From: an uncultured Deinococcales bacterium
GTDB taxonomy: Bacteria; Deinococcota; Deinococci; Deinococcales; JAAFIG01
Assembly (NCBI GenBank): GCA_964247135.1
Contig: CAXTTL010000002.1
Span: forward strand, 7,693-71,692
Reading direction: 5' to 3'
DNA length: 64,000 bases
Positions 33,929 through 44,201 of this stretch are shown here, piece by piece. The notes under the pieces were generated by a model. That model worked only from the letters and a program-made list of their open reading frames with translations, was not told the origin of the DNA and did no database searches. Positions within the stretch are counted from its first letter, which is position 1; each line of letters opens with the position of its first letter. Both the position numbers and the translations under genes were made by a program.

Positions 33929-33957
33929 TTGCAAAATCATAAACCCCATGCTATAAT
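33929..33957 (+). promoter_or_regulatory. Near-consensus sigma-70 type promoter (TTGCAA-17 nt-TATAAT)
   Basis: TTGCAA at 33929-34, a 17-nt spacer, then TATAAT at 33952-57. It faces the 34156/34599 operon, implying a ~200-nt 5' leader. Confidence 0.55.
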
Positions 33958-34155
33958 TACGTTAATAACAGAAATCTCGAGACTCAATACGCTCCCCTCC
34001 CCAAAATTTCGCACATCACGCCATCAACCAGAAAGCTCGAGGTGGAATCAGTTTCAAACCCAAGCACATCGCTGCACCTCGAGCGGTGTTTTTTGTTGTC
34101 TGAAAACTCCTGCCTGCACTCAGAACTCACAACCTCAACCATGCCAAACTAGGAC

Positions 34156-34596
34156 ATGGACTTATCGACTGGAACGACCATGAACCTGACCATGACGGTG
34201 AAACAACTTGGGCGCAAAAAAGCGCTGACCACCCGAAACTACAGCCTCGGAAATTTCTCGAGTCAACCCACACTGACCGAACTGATCGAACGAATTGTGA
34301 TGCTCGAGGTGAATGCGTTTCGTGAACGTCAAGCCGACAATCAATTCTTGCGGGTTTTAACCGAAAACCAATTGCTCGAGGCGTCTGAGACGGGCAAAAT
34401 CAGTTTGGGCGGACAAGAATTTTCGCAAGAGGTGAACGTTGACGACGCCATCCAAACCGCGATTCAGGCGTTTCAAGACGGTTTGTATTACGTTTTTAAC
34501 GGTGAAACGCAAATCGAATACTTGTCCGATGTCGTCAACCTTGAGCTTCGTCAGGACATTGTGTTTTTACGCCTTGTCGCCTTGGTCGGAGGATAA
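34156..34596 (+). CDS. Hypothetical protein (146 aa), translationally coupled partner of the giant downstream gene
   Basis: The ORF ends 2 nt before the GTG of the next gene, and its last codons contain the GGAGGA SD for that gene. No family recognised. The start could also be 34180 or 34192. Confidence 0.6.
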   Translation: MDLSTGTTMNLTMTVKQLGRKKALTTRNYSLGNFSSQPTLTELIERIVMLEVNAFRERQADNQFLRVLTENQLLEASETGKISLGGQEFSQEVNVDDAIQTAIQAFQDGLYYVFNGETQIEYLSDVVNLELRQDIVFLRLVALVGG

Positions 34597-34598
34597 TT

Positions 34599-37500
34599 GT
34601 GATCAGCCGTGAAGAAGCTCAGAAAAGACTTGCCGATACTCGAGTCAAAAATCCAAACGTTGTTTTGGCAGGGCGCATCCAAACTTTGCCCGAGCACTTA
34701 ACGCAAATCACGCTCGATTACTTGTGCTTAGACGCCAACGGCGACGAGCCAAAGTTCTCTGATTACCAAGCCCGCAACAAGTTCGATGAAGCCGCCAAGA
34801 GCGCCTTTTTTCAAACCTCGAGCGACGATTTTGCCTTGATTCTCGAGACGTGGTTTCCGCGCTTTCCCAAGGTGGCGCTGTCAGCCTTGCAAGCCCCTGT
34901 CACCTACCGTTTTCGCAGCAGCGTCATGCCCAGTTTGACCTCGCAATTCGAGACCGCCAAAGGCTGGTTGGCGTACACCCGCGCTTACGATCAGCCGCTC
35001 GAGTGGATGACCGAGTACGCGGGTTACGAATGGGCTTTTCAGTATTACACCATGCCGCTGTTCTTGGCGGCGGTGGATTCTGGCAACGATGCCGTGTTTG
35101 AAATCATGCTCGCAGCCGCCAAAAGCGAACATCCTGTGGCGGTCATGGGCGACTACGTGATCGACACTTTAATGCGTTCCAATCGACCCGAGGGTTGGGA
35201 TTTGCTCGAGAAACTGCTGCTCGCCGCGCAGCGTCAGGAGGGTTTACGGCAGAGCATTTTCAATAAAATCATGATCGCTCACCCAACGGCTTTAAAACGA
35301 ATGATACATTTGATTCTGGACAACGACCTGCTGCGGTTTTCCTCGAGCGTGCAATGGGCGATTTCATTCCTGCCACTCGCGCCAATCGAACCCACGCCCA
35401 AAGTTTTAGAAGATGCGGTTCGGGATTTTTTGACGCGGCTCGAGCATCAAGATGCAAGTCGCGCGATTGTTAAAAATTTGAAAGGCACACCAGATTGCCG
35501 CGATTTGTACTTGGCGTTGTACGTGCTGGCAGTCGAAAATCTCGAGGAAGCCCAAAGTTTGGGTTTGCTATGGCTCAAGCACAAAGACGCCAAGTACCGT
35601 TTTGTGGCGCTGCATGTGTTGCAACGTTTTGATCTTGCCACCCACCCAGATGTGATCGCGTTGTTGTCCGACAAGGACGACATGGTGGCACTCAAAACGC
35701 GTTCTTTTGTGATCTTGCCTCGTGAAACACCCGAACAAGCACTGGCTTCGTTTCAAACCCTGAAAAAGTTTCTCGAGCGTTTCCCTGCCAAGCTCGAGTT
35801 GAAAAGCCCAGAACTTTGGATGGGTGCTGTCGCAACTGACCCAAGCGACATTGCGGGGCAGATGTTTGACTTTGTCAATAACGAAAATGCGCGTTTGATG
35901 ATGCCCTACAAGCACTTGTTAAACCCTTGGACGTTGCGCAGCCTGATGGATAAACTCACCGAACAAAAGCCGTGGGATTTTGAGGTTCGTGGCATGGTGA
36001 TCGAGGCTTTGACCGCCAAAGACAATTACTTGCGCGAACGGGCTTTTGTCACCATGAAGGAAAGCAAAGCCGCGCTTGAGGAAAGCGATTTTGTTGCGCT
36101 CGAGAAGCAGTTAAGTCGTAAAACCGCATCGGTGCGCAAAGACACGATTGAACTGATTTTGGCGCAACCAGCCGAATTCGCTAGCGCCAGCGCAACCCGT
36201 TTAAAAGCCGCCAAAACCCCCGAGCAGAAAAAAGCGGGTGAAGAAATCGCCAAAGCGCTCGAGAGTGTCCGACTCGAGCAAAACGTACCAAGTGCGGCGG
36301 ACGGCTTTGGATTGTTCGACCCCAACAAGCGCAGTCCAGCCTTTAAGCTTGAGCGCAAAAATGTTCAACTCGTCACGCCCGCCGCACTGGCGGTTTTGGG
36401 ATCGCTCGAGAAACTGGTTTGGCAGCACCGTTTGACCGTGGTGGACGAGATCAATTGGAGCAATGAGGTTTCGCAAAAACCGTTTGAAAACACCTGGTTG
36501 CGTGCTCCGAGCTTTCACGACACCGAAAATCCGTTGCTCGAGCAGTGGAAGAAATTCCCGTTGTCTGAAACTTGGACGGCATGGTTTGAAAACCGCACGA
36601 CAAAAGAGCGCGACACTGATGGACTCGAGATTTTACGTGCCATTGCGATTCGACCTTTTATGTTTCAATCCATCTTTAACGATGATTACTACGATGAAAA
36701 TTTCAATTACGACCTCGAGCCTGACAATGACGACGCTGGCACAAGCAATTTGGGTTTGCAAAAAAGCTATTTTGGCAGTTTAAGACCCGTCAAACGCAAA
36801 GACGAAGATCAACGCCTCGAGAACAACATGGTGCAGATTTTGTACTGGCTCAAAGAGTTGTATCCAGCCGTGGGTGAGCACGATTTCGCGCTCGACTTGC
36901 TCGAGGATCAACTCGCACAAAGCATTCCTCTTCTCGAGCAAGGTTTTCAAAAATTCGTCGAGAAAAATACGTTGCTGCCCGACGAAGTGGCGCTGAGGGA
37001 AAACAAGGACTATCAAACCTTTAAAAAATTACTTCCCGTCATCGTCAAACTCCAACCCAGCGCTGCCGCCTTGACCAGCGCTCAACAGGCTCGAGCGTGG
37101 CAACTCGAGCACAGCATGAGTTTGCGGCTGTGGTGGAATGGCAGCCGCACAATCAACCACTCGCATCTGATGGCGGCGTTCAGGGCGGGTATTGCGAATC
37201 AAACTGATGTGATGGAGGCTTTGATCGGTCCGAGTCATTTGCGTCCCAGCAAAAATGTCGTTTGCAACAATGGTTTCACCGACCACCTAACACAAAAACC
37301 ATCAGAATTCCTCAAAACATATCCAGAACTTCAACCCATGCTCGAGCAGTGCGCCGACCGTGTGCTCGAGATTGAATTGCAACGCGGGGATTTGCCAACG
37401 CCAGCCACGATTGCGGCAACCCGAATTCGGTTTTTGTCGGGTTTGGGACGTTTAATGCCGATTCTCGAGGTGATCGGGCAGGACAATATTTCGCGTGGTG

Positions 37501-39467
37501 CTGGGTACTATTATCAAGATCAAACGCCGCGATTGGTGGTGTTCTCCGACCTTCTGAAAGCCGTTTATCCCAGCCCCAGCGACACCCAAGCCAATTTTGA
37601 CAAAGCCATCAAAAAAGCCAAAATTCCCGAACAGCGCCTGCTCGAGCTTGGATTGTTCGCGCCGCAATGGACGCAATTTGTCGCCAAGAATATCGGTTGG
37701 AAGGGGTTAAGCGATGCGATGTACTGGCTTCGGGCGCACACCAAAGACGGTGGCTTCAGCAACGATTCCGAACTCGAGGGTTGGAAACTCGAGATGGCGC
37801 AACTGACGCCGCTTTTGACCCAGGATTTGGTCGATGGCGCGGTCGATGTCAGTTGGTTTAATCAGGCGTACAAAGACCTTGGCGACAAGCGCTGGACACA
37901 ACTGTACGATGCTGCCAAATACATTTCTTCGGGGACGGGTCACGCCAGGGCAAAACAGTTTGCCGACGCAATGCTGGGCAAATTACTCGAAGCCGATGTG
38001 GTCAAACGAATCACGGGTAAACGCCATCAGGACAGCGTTCGTGCGCTTGGACTGATTCCTCTGCCCAAAGCCAAAGACGCGGTGCTTTTGGCGCGTTACG
38101 AGGTCGTGCAAACCTTTTTAAAGCAAAGCAAGCAATTTGGTTCGCAACGCAAAGAATCCGAACGACTCGCGTCACGCATTGCACTCGAGAATTTGGCACG
38201 CACCGCAGGGTTTCCAGACCCGATGCGGCTCGAGTGGGCGATGGAATTAAAAGCCGTGGCAGACCTCTCCAAAGGCGCGGTCAAGCTTAAAAAGGACGAT
38301 GTCGAACTGGTCTTGTCGGTCACAACCGACGGCGAACCGACGCTCGAGGTTTTGAAATCGGGTAAAACCTTAAAGGACATTCCCACTAACCTCAAAAAAG
38401 ATGACGCCGTGATCGAAATTCGCGCCCGAAAAAAGGAACTCGAGAATTCACGCAGCCGAATGCGGGTTTCCTTAGAGCGTGCAATGGTGCATGGTGATGC
38501 CTTTACTGCAAAAGAACTCCGCGACCTGACCAAACACCCAATCGCCCGTCCGATGCTCGAGCAACTGATTTTTATCGACGATGCACAACTGGGGTTTCTC
38601 TCGCCCGACGGTAAAAACCTGGTCAGTGCAAACGGCGAATTGCTCGAGATCAAAGGCTCGAGTTTGCGCCTTGCGCACCCCGTGGATTTGTTCGAGTCCA
38701 AAACCTGGTCTGAATGGCAGAGCGCGTATTTTACGGCGCAACGTCAGCAACCGTTCAAGCAAATCTTCCGCGAGTTGTACCTGCTCACACCAGCCGAGAA
38801 ACTCGAGAAAACCAAATCCAGCCGTTACGCGGGGCATCAAGTCAACCAACGCCAAAGTGCGTCATTGCTTGGTTCAAGGGCTTGGGTGGTCAGTTACGAC
38901 GGCGATGCCAGCCGAACTTTTTTTAAAGAGGGCATCACCGCGCACATCGGCAGCAAGCAAGGTTATTCAACGCCAGCCGAAGTTGAAGCCCCCGCGCTCG
39001 AGACGGTTTCGTTTTCCAAACGCGGTGGTTGGGAGGCGCTCGACCTCGAGAGCATTCCAAAGCGTTTGTTCTCCGAAGTCATGCGTGACCTTGACTTGGT
39101 GGTTTCGGTGGCGCACGTCGGCGGCGTTGATCCCGAAGCCTCGCAAAGCACCACCGAAATGCGGGCGGCGTTGCTCGAGGAAACATTGCGGTTGCTCAAG
39201 ATTAAAAACGTCAAACTCGAGAAAAACCTGGCATTGATTGAAGGGCAGATTGGGCGTTACAGCGTGCATCTTGGAAGCGCGGTGGTACATCAACAACCTG
39301 GCGGCGCGATCTGTTTGGTTGCCGTGCCGAATCAGGCTCGAGGTCGGATTTTCTTGCCGTTTGCGGATTCTGATCCGCGCACGGCGGAAGTGATTGCCAA
39401 GGTCATCTTGTTAGCGAAGGATTCTGAGATTCAAGACCCTATTCTGCTGCGGCAATTGGTCGGATAA
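34599..39467 (+). CDS. Giant (1622 aa) HEAT/ARM-like repeat protein with DUF4132-like C-terminal region (MolR-type architecture)
   Basis: A long uninterrupted ORF with good codon structure. No Walker or catalytic motifs seen. The C-terminal ~450 aa (..FKQIFRELYLLTPAE...MRDLDLVVSVAHVGGVDPEASQST.EMRAALLEE...YSVHLGSAVVHQQPGG..) resemble my recollection of DUF4132 proteins. The family call is not verified. Confidence 0.7.
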   Translation: MISREEAQKRLADTRVKNPNVVLAGRIQTLPEHLTQITLDYLCLDANGDEPKFSDYQARNKFDEAAKSAFFQTSSDDFALILETWFPRFPKVALSALQAPVTYRFRSSVMPSLTSQFETAKGWLAYTRAYDQPLEWMTEYAGYEWAFQYYTMPLFLAAVDSGNDAVFEIMLAAAKSEHPVAVMGDYVIDTLMRSNRPEGWDLLEKLLLAAQRQEGLRQSIFNKIMIAHPTALKRMIHLILDNDLLRFSSSVQWAISFLPLAPIEPTPKVLEDAVRDFLTRLEHQDASRAIVKNLKGTPDCRDLYLALYVLAVENLEEAQSLGLLWLKHKDAKYRFVALHVLQRFDLATHPDVIALLSDKDDMVALKTRSFVILPRETPEQALASFQTLKKFLERFPAKLELKSPELWMGAVATDPSDIAGQMFDFVNNENARLMMPYKHLLNPWTLRSLMDKLTEQKPWDFEVRGMVIEALTAKDNYLRERAFVTMKESKAALEESDFVALEKQLSRKTASVRKDTIELILAQPAEFASASATRLKAAKTPEQKKAGEEIAKALESVRLEQNVPSAADGFGLFDPNKRSPAFKLERKNVQLVTPAALAVLGSLEKLVWQHRLTVVDEINWSNEVSQKPFENTWLRAPSFHDTENPLLEQWKKFPLSETWTAWFENRTTKERDTDGLEILRAIAIRPFMFQSIFNDDYYDENFNYDLEPDNDDAGTSNLGLQKSYFGSLRPVKRKDEDQRLENNMVQILYWLKELYPAVGEHDFALDLLEDQLAQSIPLLEQGFQKFVEKNTLLPDEVALRENKDYQTFKKLLPVIVKLQPSAAALTSAQQARAWQLEHSMSLRLWWNGSRTINHSHLMAAFRAGIANQTDVMEALIGPSHLRPSKNVVCNNGFTDHLTQKPSEFLKTYPELQPMLEQCADRVLEIELQRGDLPTPATIAATRIRFLSGLGRLMPILEVIGQDNISRGAGYYYQDQTPRLVVFSDLLKAVYPSPSDTQANFDKAIKKAKIPEQRLLELGLFAPQWTQFVAKNIGWKGLSDAMYWLRAHTKDGGFSNDSELEGWKLEMAQLTPLLTQDLVDGAVDVSWFNQAYKDLGDKRWTQLYDAAKYISSGTGHARAKQFADAMLGKLLEADVVKRITGKRHQDSVRALGLIPLPKAKDAVLLARYEVVQTFLKQSKQFGSQRKESERLASRIALENLARTAGFPDPMRLEWAMELKAVADLSKGAVKLKKDDVELVLSVTTDGEPTLEVLKSGKTLKDIPTNLKKDDAVIEIRARKKELENSRSRMRVSLERAMVHGDAFTAKELRDLTKHPIARPMLEQLIFIDDAQLGFLSPDGKNLVSANGELLEIKGSSLRLAHPVDLFESKTWSEWQSAYFTAQRQQPFKQIFRELYLLTPAEKLEKTKSSRYAGHQVNQRQSASLLGSRAWVVSYDGDASRTFFKEGITAHIGSKQGYSTPAEVEAPALETVSFSKRGGWEALDLESIPKRLFSEVMRDLDLVVSVAHVGGVDPEASQSTTEMRAALLEETLRLLKIKNVKLEKNLALIEGQIGRYSVHLGSAVVHQQPGGAICLVAVPNQARGRIFLPFADSDPRTAEVIAKVILLAKDSEIQDPILLRQLVG

Positions 39468-39501
39468 AACTGAAAGTCAAACCTCGAGCATCAATCCGTT
39501 T

Positions 39502-39507
39502 TAAGAT
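39502..39507 (+). promoter_or_regulatory. Putative -10 box (TAAGAT) placed for a leaderless meaB mRNA
   Basis: TAAGAT is followed by a 6-nt spacer (GCTTGA) and the GTG at 39514. No SD. Confidence 0.35.
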
Positions 39508-39513
39508 GCTTGA

Positions 39514-40482
39514 GTGCAAGACCTTTTAACCCGATTTCAAGCCGGTGACGAACGTGCCCTGGCTCGAGCCATCACCATTGTCGAATCGGGTGATCCTCGA
39601 GCCGATGAATTGCTGGCGGCATTGCGGGGTTTGAACCGTTCTGCCGTGGTGATTGGCATGACGGGCGCCCCTGGTGCGGGCAAGAGCACCCTGACCGACC
39701 AGTTGATTGCGGTGTGCCGCGCCAGAAACGAACGGGTTGCGGTGCTTGCCATCGATCCGTCCAGCCCATTTTCTGGCGGCGCGATTCTGGGTGATCGAAT
39801 TCGTATGGGGCGGCATTACCAGGACCGTGGCGTGTTCGTGCGGTCTATGGCAACCAGGGGCGCATTGGGTGGGCTGGCAAAGGCAACCGTGGGTGTCTTG
39901 TCGGTGCTCGAGGCGTTCGGTTTTGACCGTGTGATTCTCGAGACGGTGGGGGTTGGTCAATCCGAGATTGACATTGCGCGGGTTGCCGATCACACGGTGC
40001 TGGTGCTCACGCCAGCGGGTGGAGATGCGGTGCAGGCATTCAAGGCGGGCATCATGGAAATCGCCGATGTTTTCGCGGTCAACAAAGCCGACATTCCTGG
40101 GGCGGATAGGTTGGTGCGTGAAATTCAGGCGGCGCTCGAGTTCAACCCTCACGATGAATTCTCGTGGTGGGCAAAAATTGTGAAAACCATTGCCAGCACG
40201 GGGCAGGGTATTTCCGAATTGCTCGAGGCTATCGACGCGCACCGCGTACATCTTGGCGAGGCTGGCTTGCAAACCCGCAGGCTCGAGCGTGCCAGGTTCG
40301 AGATCATCAATGCCATCAACGACGAGGTGCGCGGCATCATGAAGCAATCCGAACGCGAGCTTTTGCTGCGCGTCTCGAGTGGTGAAAGCACGGCGAATGT
40401 GGTCGCTCGAGAATTGATTGCCGCTGCCCTCGAGAAATCGGGTTCGTATGGCACGACTCGAGTGCACATTGTTGACGAATAA
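39514..40482 (+). CDS. meaB: Methylmalonyl-CoA mutase-associated G3E GTPase (MeaB/ArgK)
   Basis: 322 aa. P-loop GMTGAPGAGKSTL. ILGDRIRM, ILETVGVGQSE and the NKAD specificity motif. Confidence 0.85.
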   Translation: MQDLLTRFQAGDERALARAITIVESGDPRADELLAALRGLNRSAVVIGMTGAPGAGKSTLTDQLIAVCRARNERVAVLAIDPSSPFSGGAILGDRIRMGRHYQDRGVFVRSMATRGALGGLAKATVGVLSVLEAFGFDRVILETVGVGQSEIDIARVADHTVLVLTPAGGDAVQAFKAGIMEIADVFAVNKADIPGADRLVREIQAALEFNPHDEFSWWAKIVKTIASTGQGISELLEAIDAHRVHLGEAGLQTRRLERARFEIINAINDEVRGIMKQSERELLLRVSSGESTANVVARELIAAALEKSGSYGTTRVHIVDE

Positions 40483-40510
40483 TGGATACCGTGCTATTCT
40501 ATAGAAATCA

Positions 40511-40532
40511 ACGGCGAAGAGCCGTGTTTTTT
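40511..40532 (+). terminator. Short rho-independent terminator after meaB
   Basis: ACGGC-GAAGA-GCCGT followed by GTTTTTTATTTT. A 5-bp stem only. Confidence 0.5.
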
Positions 40533-40563
40533 ATTTTAGACTGCCCGAGAGTGGGTTATTCCC

Positions 40564-42456
40564 TTAAGCCGGAAAACCGTGTCCCTTGCCAAAGTTTGCG
40601 GGTTCGTCGGGTTTGGCGCTCGAGTCATCATCGGGCAATTCTTGCCCGTCCAGGAGCATCTGAAACTCTTCGGCGTTCAGGGTTTCACGAATCAAGAGTT
40701 CGTCCACCACCCGCATCATCAAATGACGGTGTTGCTCGAGCAGCGCTTTGGCGGCTTCATAACACGTCTCGAGGATGGTTTTGACTTCAGCGTCGATGGC
40801 TTTGGCGGTGGCGTTGCTGTACTGACGGTTCTCAAATCCAAGCCCCAGATAATCTTGGTTCTCTTCGATCAGTGCCACGTGCCCCAGGGTTTGGCTCATG
40901 CCCCACTCGCCGACCATCTTGCGAGCCAGTTGCGTGGCTCGAGCAAAATCGTTTTGCGCCCCCGTGGTGACATCGCCAAACTCGAGTTCCTCGGCGGCGC
41001 GTCCCGCCATAAAAACCGTGATGTGTTCCAAGATTTGATTGCGGGTCAGGTGGTCTTGTTCGCTGGGCATGGTTTGCATGAAGCCGGCGGCGTTGCCCCT
41101 TGGCACAATGGTCAGTTTATGGACACGGTCTGCCAAGGGCAGTAAATTGGCTGCCAGCGCGTGACCGACCTCGTGAAAGGCGGTAATACGTTTGTCGGCT
41201 TCGGGAATGATCCTGGATTTTCGCGCGGCGCCCATTGTGACCCTGTCTGCCGCCTCGTCCAAATCTTTGATGCCAATCCGCCGCCGCCCCGCTCGAGCCG
41301 CCAGCAACGCGGCTTCGTTCAGCAGGTTCTCGAGGTCAGCCCCGACCATGCCAGGGGTGCGCCTTGCAATCAGTTTAAGATCAACATTGTCCTCGAGCGG
41401 TTTTTTGCGGCTGTGAACGCGCAAAATTTCTTCGCGCCCCTTCACGTCTGGTGCATCGACCACCACTTGACGGTCAAAACGACCTGGGCGTAACAATGCG
41501 CTGTCGAGCACGTCTGGGCGGTTGGTTGCCGCCAAAATGATGATGTCGTGCTTGGTTTCAAAACCGTCCATTTCGACCAAGAGTTGATTGAGGGTCTGCT
41601 CGCGTTCGTCGTTGCCGCCGTTCATGCCCGAGCTGCGCTTGCGTCCAACGGCGTCAATCTCATCAATAAAAATAATGCACGGCGCGGCTTTGCGGGCTTG
41701 CTCGAACAAATCGCGCACCCTGGAGGCACCGACCCCAACGAACATCTCGACAAAATCACTGCCCGAAATCGTGAAGAACGGCACTCGAGCCTCGCCCGCA
41801 ACGGCTTTTGCCAGCAGGGTTTTGCCGCTGCCGGGCGGTCCGATCAACAGGCAACCTTTGGGGATTCTGGCGCCGATGTCATGAAACCGTGTGGGGTTTT
41901 TTAAGAAATCCACCACCTCGGCAAGTTCCTCTTTGGCTTCGTCGCAACCCGCCACCTCGCGGAAGGTCACTTTGGGTTTTTCGACCTGACGCGCTCGAGA
42001 TTTACCAAAACTCGGTGCGCCGCCGACATCTTTGGCTGCCCTTGAGCGAAACCACAAAAACCCGCCGATCAACAAAATCGGCAACAAGGCTTGCAAGCCC
42101 AGCAGCACAAAGCGGTTGGTACGGTTTGCACCAACGATGCGGTATTCGGTGTTGTACTTTTGTCGCGCCAAATTCAGCTCGTTAAACAAGCGTTTGTCGA
42201 GCAGCAATTGTGTCTCGTAATTGTGATCGTCTTTGGACACGATCCTTGCCGTGCTGATTTGCACCACGCCAGAACTTGAGATGGTGGCATTACCGCTGGG
42301 CAAAAGCGTCACGCTCTGGACTCCGCCCAGCCTCAAATCCTCGAGGAACTGACTTTCAGACACAGCCTGCGCCAAGACCTGCCCATTCAAGACCATGCCG
42401 CCCAAGACCATGCAGGTCAAAACAAGTTTCCCAATCCAGTTTCGCATCTGATCCAC
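40564..42456 (-). CDS. ftsH: ATP-dependent zinc metalloprotease FtsH
   Basis: 630 aa. Walker A GPPGSGKT, Walker [13 protein letters not shown] region [19 protein letters not shown] and the zinc site HEVGHAL. Confidence 0.95.
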   Translation of the reverse strand: MDQMRNWIGKLVLTCMVLGGMVLNGQVLAQAVSESQFLEDLRLGGVQSVTLLPSGNATISSSGVVQISTARIVSKDDHNYETQLLLDKRLFNELNLARQKYNTEYRIVGANRTNRFVLLGLQALLPILLIGGFLWFRSRAAKDVGGAPSFGKSRARQVEKPKVTFREVAGCDEAKEELAEVVDFLKNPTRFHDIGARIPKGCLLIGPPGSGKTLLAKAVAGEARVPFFTISGSDFVEMFVGVGASRVRDLFEQARKAAPCIIFIDEIDAVGRKRSSGMNGGNDEREQTLNQLLVEMDGFETKHDIIILAATNRPDVLDSALLRPGRFDRQVVVDAPDVKGREEILRVHSRKKPLEDNVDLKLIARRTPGMVGADLENLLNEAALLAARAGRRRIGIKDLDEAADRVTMGAARKSRIIPEADKRITAFHEVGHALAANLLPLADRVHKLTIVPRGNAAGFMQTMPSEQDHLTRNQILEHITVFMAGRAAEELEFGDVTTGAQNDFARATQLARKMVGEWGMSQTLGHVALIEENQDYLGLGFENRQYSNATAKAIDAEVKTILETCYEAAKALLEQHRHLMMRVVDELLIRETLNAEEFQMLLDGQELPDDDSSAKPDEPANFGKGHGFPA

Positions 42457-42529
42457 AGGGTATCACTCAGGGGATAAAGAACTGTTACGCACACCCCAGA
42501 TCAAAACAAAAGCTCAGGTATTCTGATAT

Positions 42530-44056
42530 ATGGATGTCGTCTGGGTTGGTGCGGCGTACTTTGCGGGTTTGTTGGGGTCGCGGGTTGGCTTTCCGCCGCT
42601 GGTCGGGTACTTGCTGGCGGGCTTTATGCTGTACGCCTTTGGCTACCGCTCGAGCGAAGCCCTGCACACCCTGGCAGACATTGGCGTGTGGTTGTTGCTG
42701 TTTGCGGTGGGTTTAAAGTTCAAGTTGCAAAACCTGATTCGCCCCGAGGTGCTGGGCGTCGGCGGCTTGCATTTGCTGATCTCGAGTGTCGTGGTGTTCG
42801 GCATCATGTTTTTGGCGCTCGGTTTTGGCAACGCCTTGTACCTGGCAATCGGTTTGGCATTCTCGAGCACGGTCTTGGCGATCAAGTTGCTCGAGGACAA
42901 AAGCGAACTGAATTCCTATCACGGGCGTGTGGTGGTCGGTATTTTGGTGTTGCAAGACTTGGTGGCGATTCTCTTGCTGGCGTTTGCTGGGGCAAAACAA
43001 CCGACACTTTGGGCGCTCGGGTTTTTGTTGCTGCCGTTGCTGCGCCCAGTCTTGCTGCAACTGCTGGTTCGCAGCGGTCACGAGGAGCTGCTCTTGTTGT
43101 TTGGTCTGGCGCTCGCTTTGGCTGGTGGCACGTTGGCGCAAAAGGTTGGAATTTCGCCAGAGTTGGGCGCACTGATTTTTGGGGCTGTTTTGGCGGGTCA
43201 TGACCGCACCAGTGAACTCTCCAGCGTGCTGTGGGGTTTAAAAGAATCGTTTTTGGTGGCATTTTTCTTGACCATCGGTTTGGGAGGCTTGCCGCCGTTG
43301 AGCTTGTTGGTGTGGTCGCCACTGGTTTTGGTGGCGTTACCCTTGCAGGGCGCACTGTTTTTCTGGTTGTTTTTGCGATTTGGTTTGCGTGCCCGTACCG
43401 CCTTTGTCGCCAGTGCCGCGCTGACCAGTTACGGCGAATTTGCCTTGATTGTCGTCAAACCCCTGATCGAATCTGGGCAGCTCGAGGCAGGTTGGGCGAG
43501 TTTGCTGGGTGTGATGATTGCGTTATCCTTGGTGGTTGCCGCACCGTTCAACCGTGCGGTGCATGTTTTATACGACCGTTTTGAGACCAGCTTGCTGCGC
43601 TTTGAAAGCAAGACCGTTCATCCTGACCAAGAACCCACCCAACTTGGCAATCCCAACTGGCTGGTCATCGGCATGGGACGCACCGGCGGCGCGGCGTACA
43701 AGCAACTCGAGGTTTCGGGGCAACAGGTGGTGGGTTTGGACAGCGATCCGGACAAACTCGAGCATCACCGTGCCAAGGGCAGAAATGTCTTGTACGGCGA
43801 TGCCGAAGACCCAGCGTTGTGGGAACGCCTCGAGTTGAACGGTTTGAGCGGTGTGCTGGTGACCGCACCCGATTTGGAAGCCCGTCTGCGCTCGCTCGAG
43901 GGACTCAACAAAAGGGGTTTTAAGGGACGCAAGGCGGTGCTTTCGCATCACGTCGAGGAGGAAGCCGAACTGCTTCGCGCGGGGGCAACCCTGCTGTTTC
44001 GACCATTCTCTGAGGTGGGCGAACGCATGGCGCAACGGGCGCTCGAGTTGAGTTAA
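42530..44056 (+). CDS. CPA2-family cation:proton antiporter with C-terminal TrkA-N/RCK domain (Kef-type)
   Basis: 508 aa. About 11 TM helices. GISPELGALIFGAVLAG, then the Rossmann segment WLVIGMGRTGGAAYKQL. A TATTCT -10-like box lies 5 nt upstream of the ATG. Confidence 0.85.
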   Translation: MDVVWVGAAYFAGLLGSRVGFPPLVGYLLAGFMLYAFGYRSSEALHTLADIGVWLLLFAVGLKFKLQNLIRPEVLGVGGLHLLISSVVVFGIMFLALGFGNALYLAIGLAFSSTVLAIKLLEDKSELNSYHGRVVVGILVLQDLVAILLLAFAGAKQPTLWALGFLLLPLLRPVLLQLLVRSGHEELLLLFGLALALAGGTLAQKVGISPELGALIFGAVLAGHDRTSELSSVLWGLKESFLVAFFLTIGLGGLPPLSLLVWSPLVLVALPLQGALFFWLFLRFGLRARTAFVASAALTSYGEFALIVVKPLIESGQLEAGWASLLGVMIALSLVVAAPFNRAVHVLYDRFETSLLRFESKTVHPDQEPTQLGNPNWLVIGMGRTGGAAYKQLEVSGQQVVGLDSDPDKLEHHRAKGRNVLYGDAEDPALWERLELNGLSGVLVTAPDLEARLRSLEGLNKRGFKGRKAVLSHHVEEEAELLRAGATLLFRPFSEVGERMAQRALELS

Positions 44057-44201
44057 ACAACCCTGACACTTTGCTTTACAACCCTCACGCAAACAGAACG
44101 CACAAAGCCTCAAACAGGTTAAACTGTATGATTCTTACTCGAGATTTATTACGGTTTCGGGTGACTTTTGGCAGCATAAAAGCACCAGCAGGAGGCAATT
44201 C

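Noticed and set aside
34075-34094. CACC-TCGAGC-GGTG followed by TTTTTT in the leader of the DUF4132-like operon, as a possible attenuator
   Set aside because: The stem is only 4 bp, too weak to call a terminator without structure probing. It is noted only as part of the long leader.
33610-34183. Small ORFs 33610-33942 and 33929-34183 in the 490-bp divergent intergenic region
   Set aside because: They have odd composition (Cys/Phe/Trp- or Pro/Thr/Ser-rich), and no SD or -10 spacing. They overlap the REP-like element and the consensus promoter, so the region is better explained as regulatory DNA.
39514-40482. meaB without an adjacent methylmalonyl-CoA / isobutyryl-CoA mutase, as an orphan chaperone
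   Set aside because: The mutase genes may lie elsewhere. The window boundaries and operon structure (its own -10 box and terminator) do not allow any conclusion.
42276-42716. 146-aa ORF spanning the ftsH/kef divergent region
   Set aside because: It overlaps the 5' ends of both well-supported genes in other frames. The product is Arg/Pro/Cys-rich.
44057-44201. Absence of minC upstream of minD-minE as an anomaly
   Set aside because: minC can be encoded elsewhere in the genome. Absence from one window is not evidence of loss.
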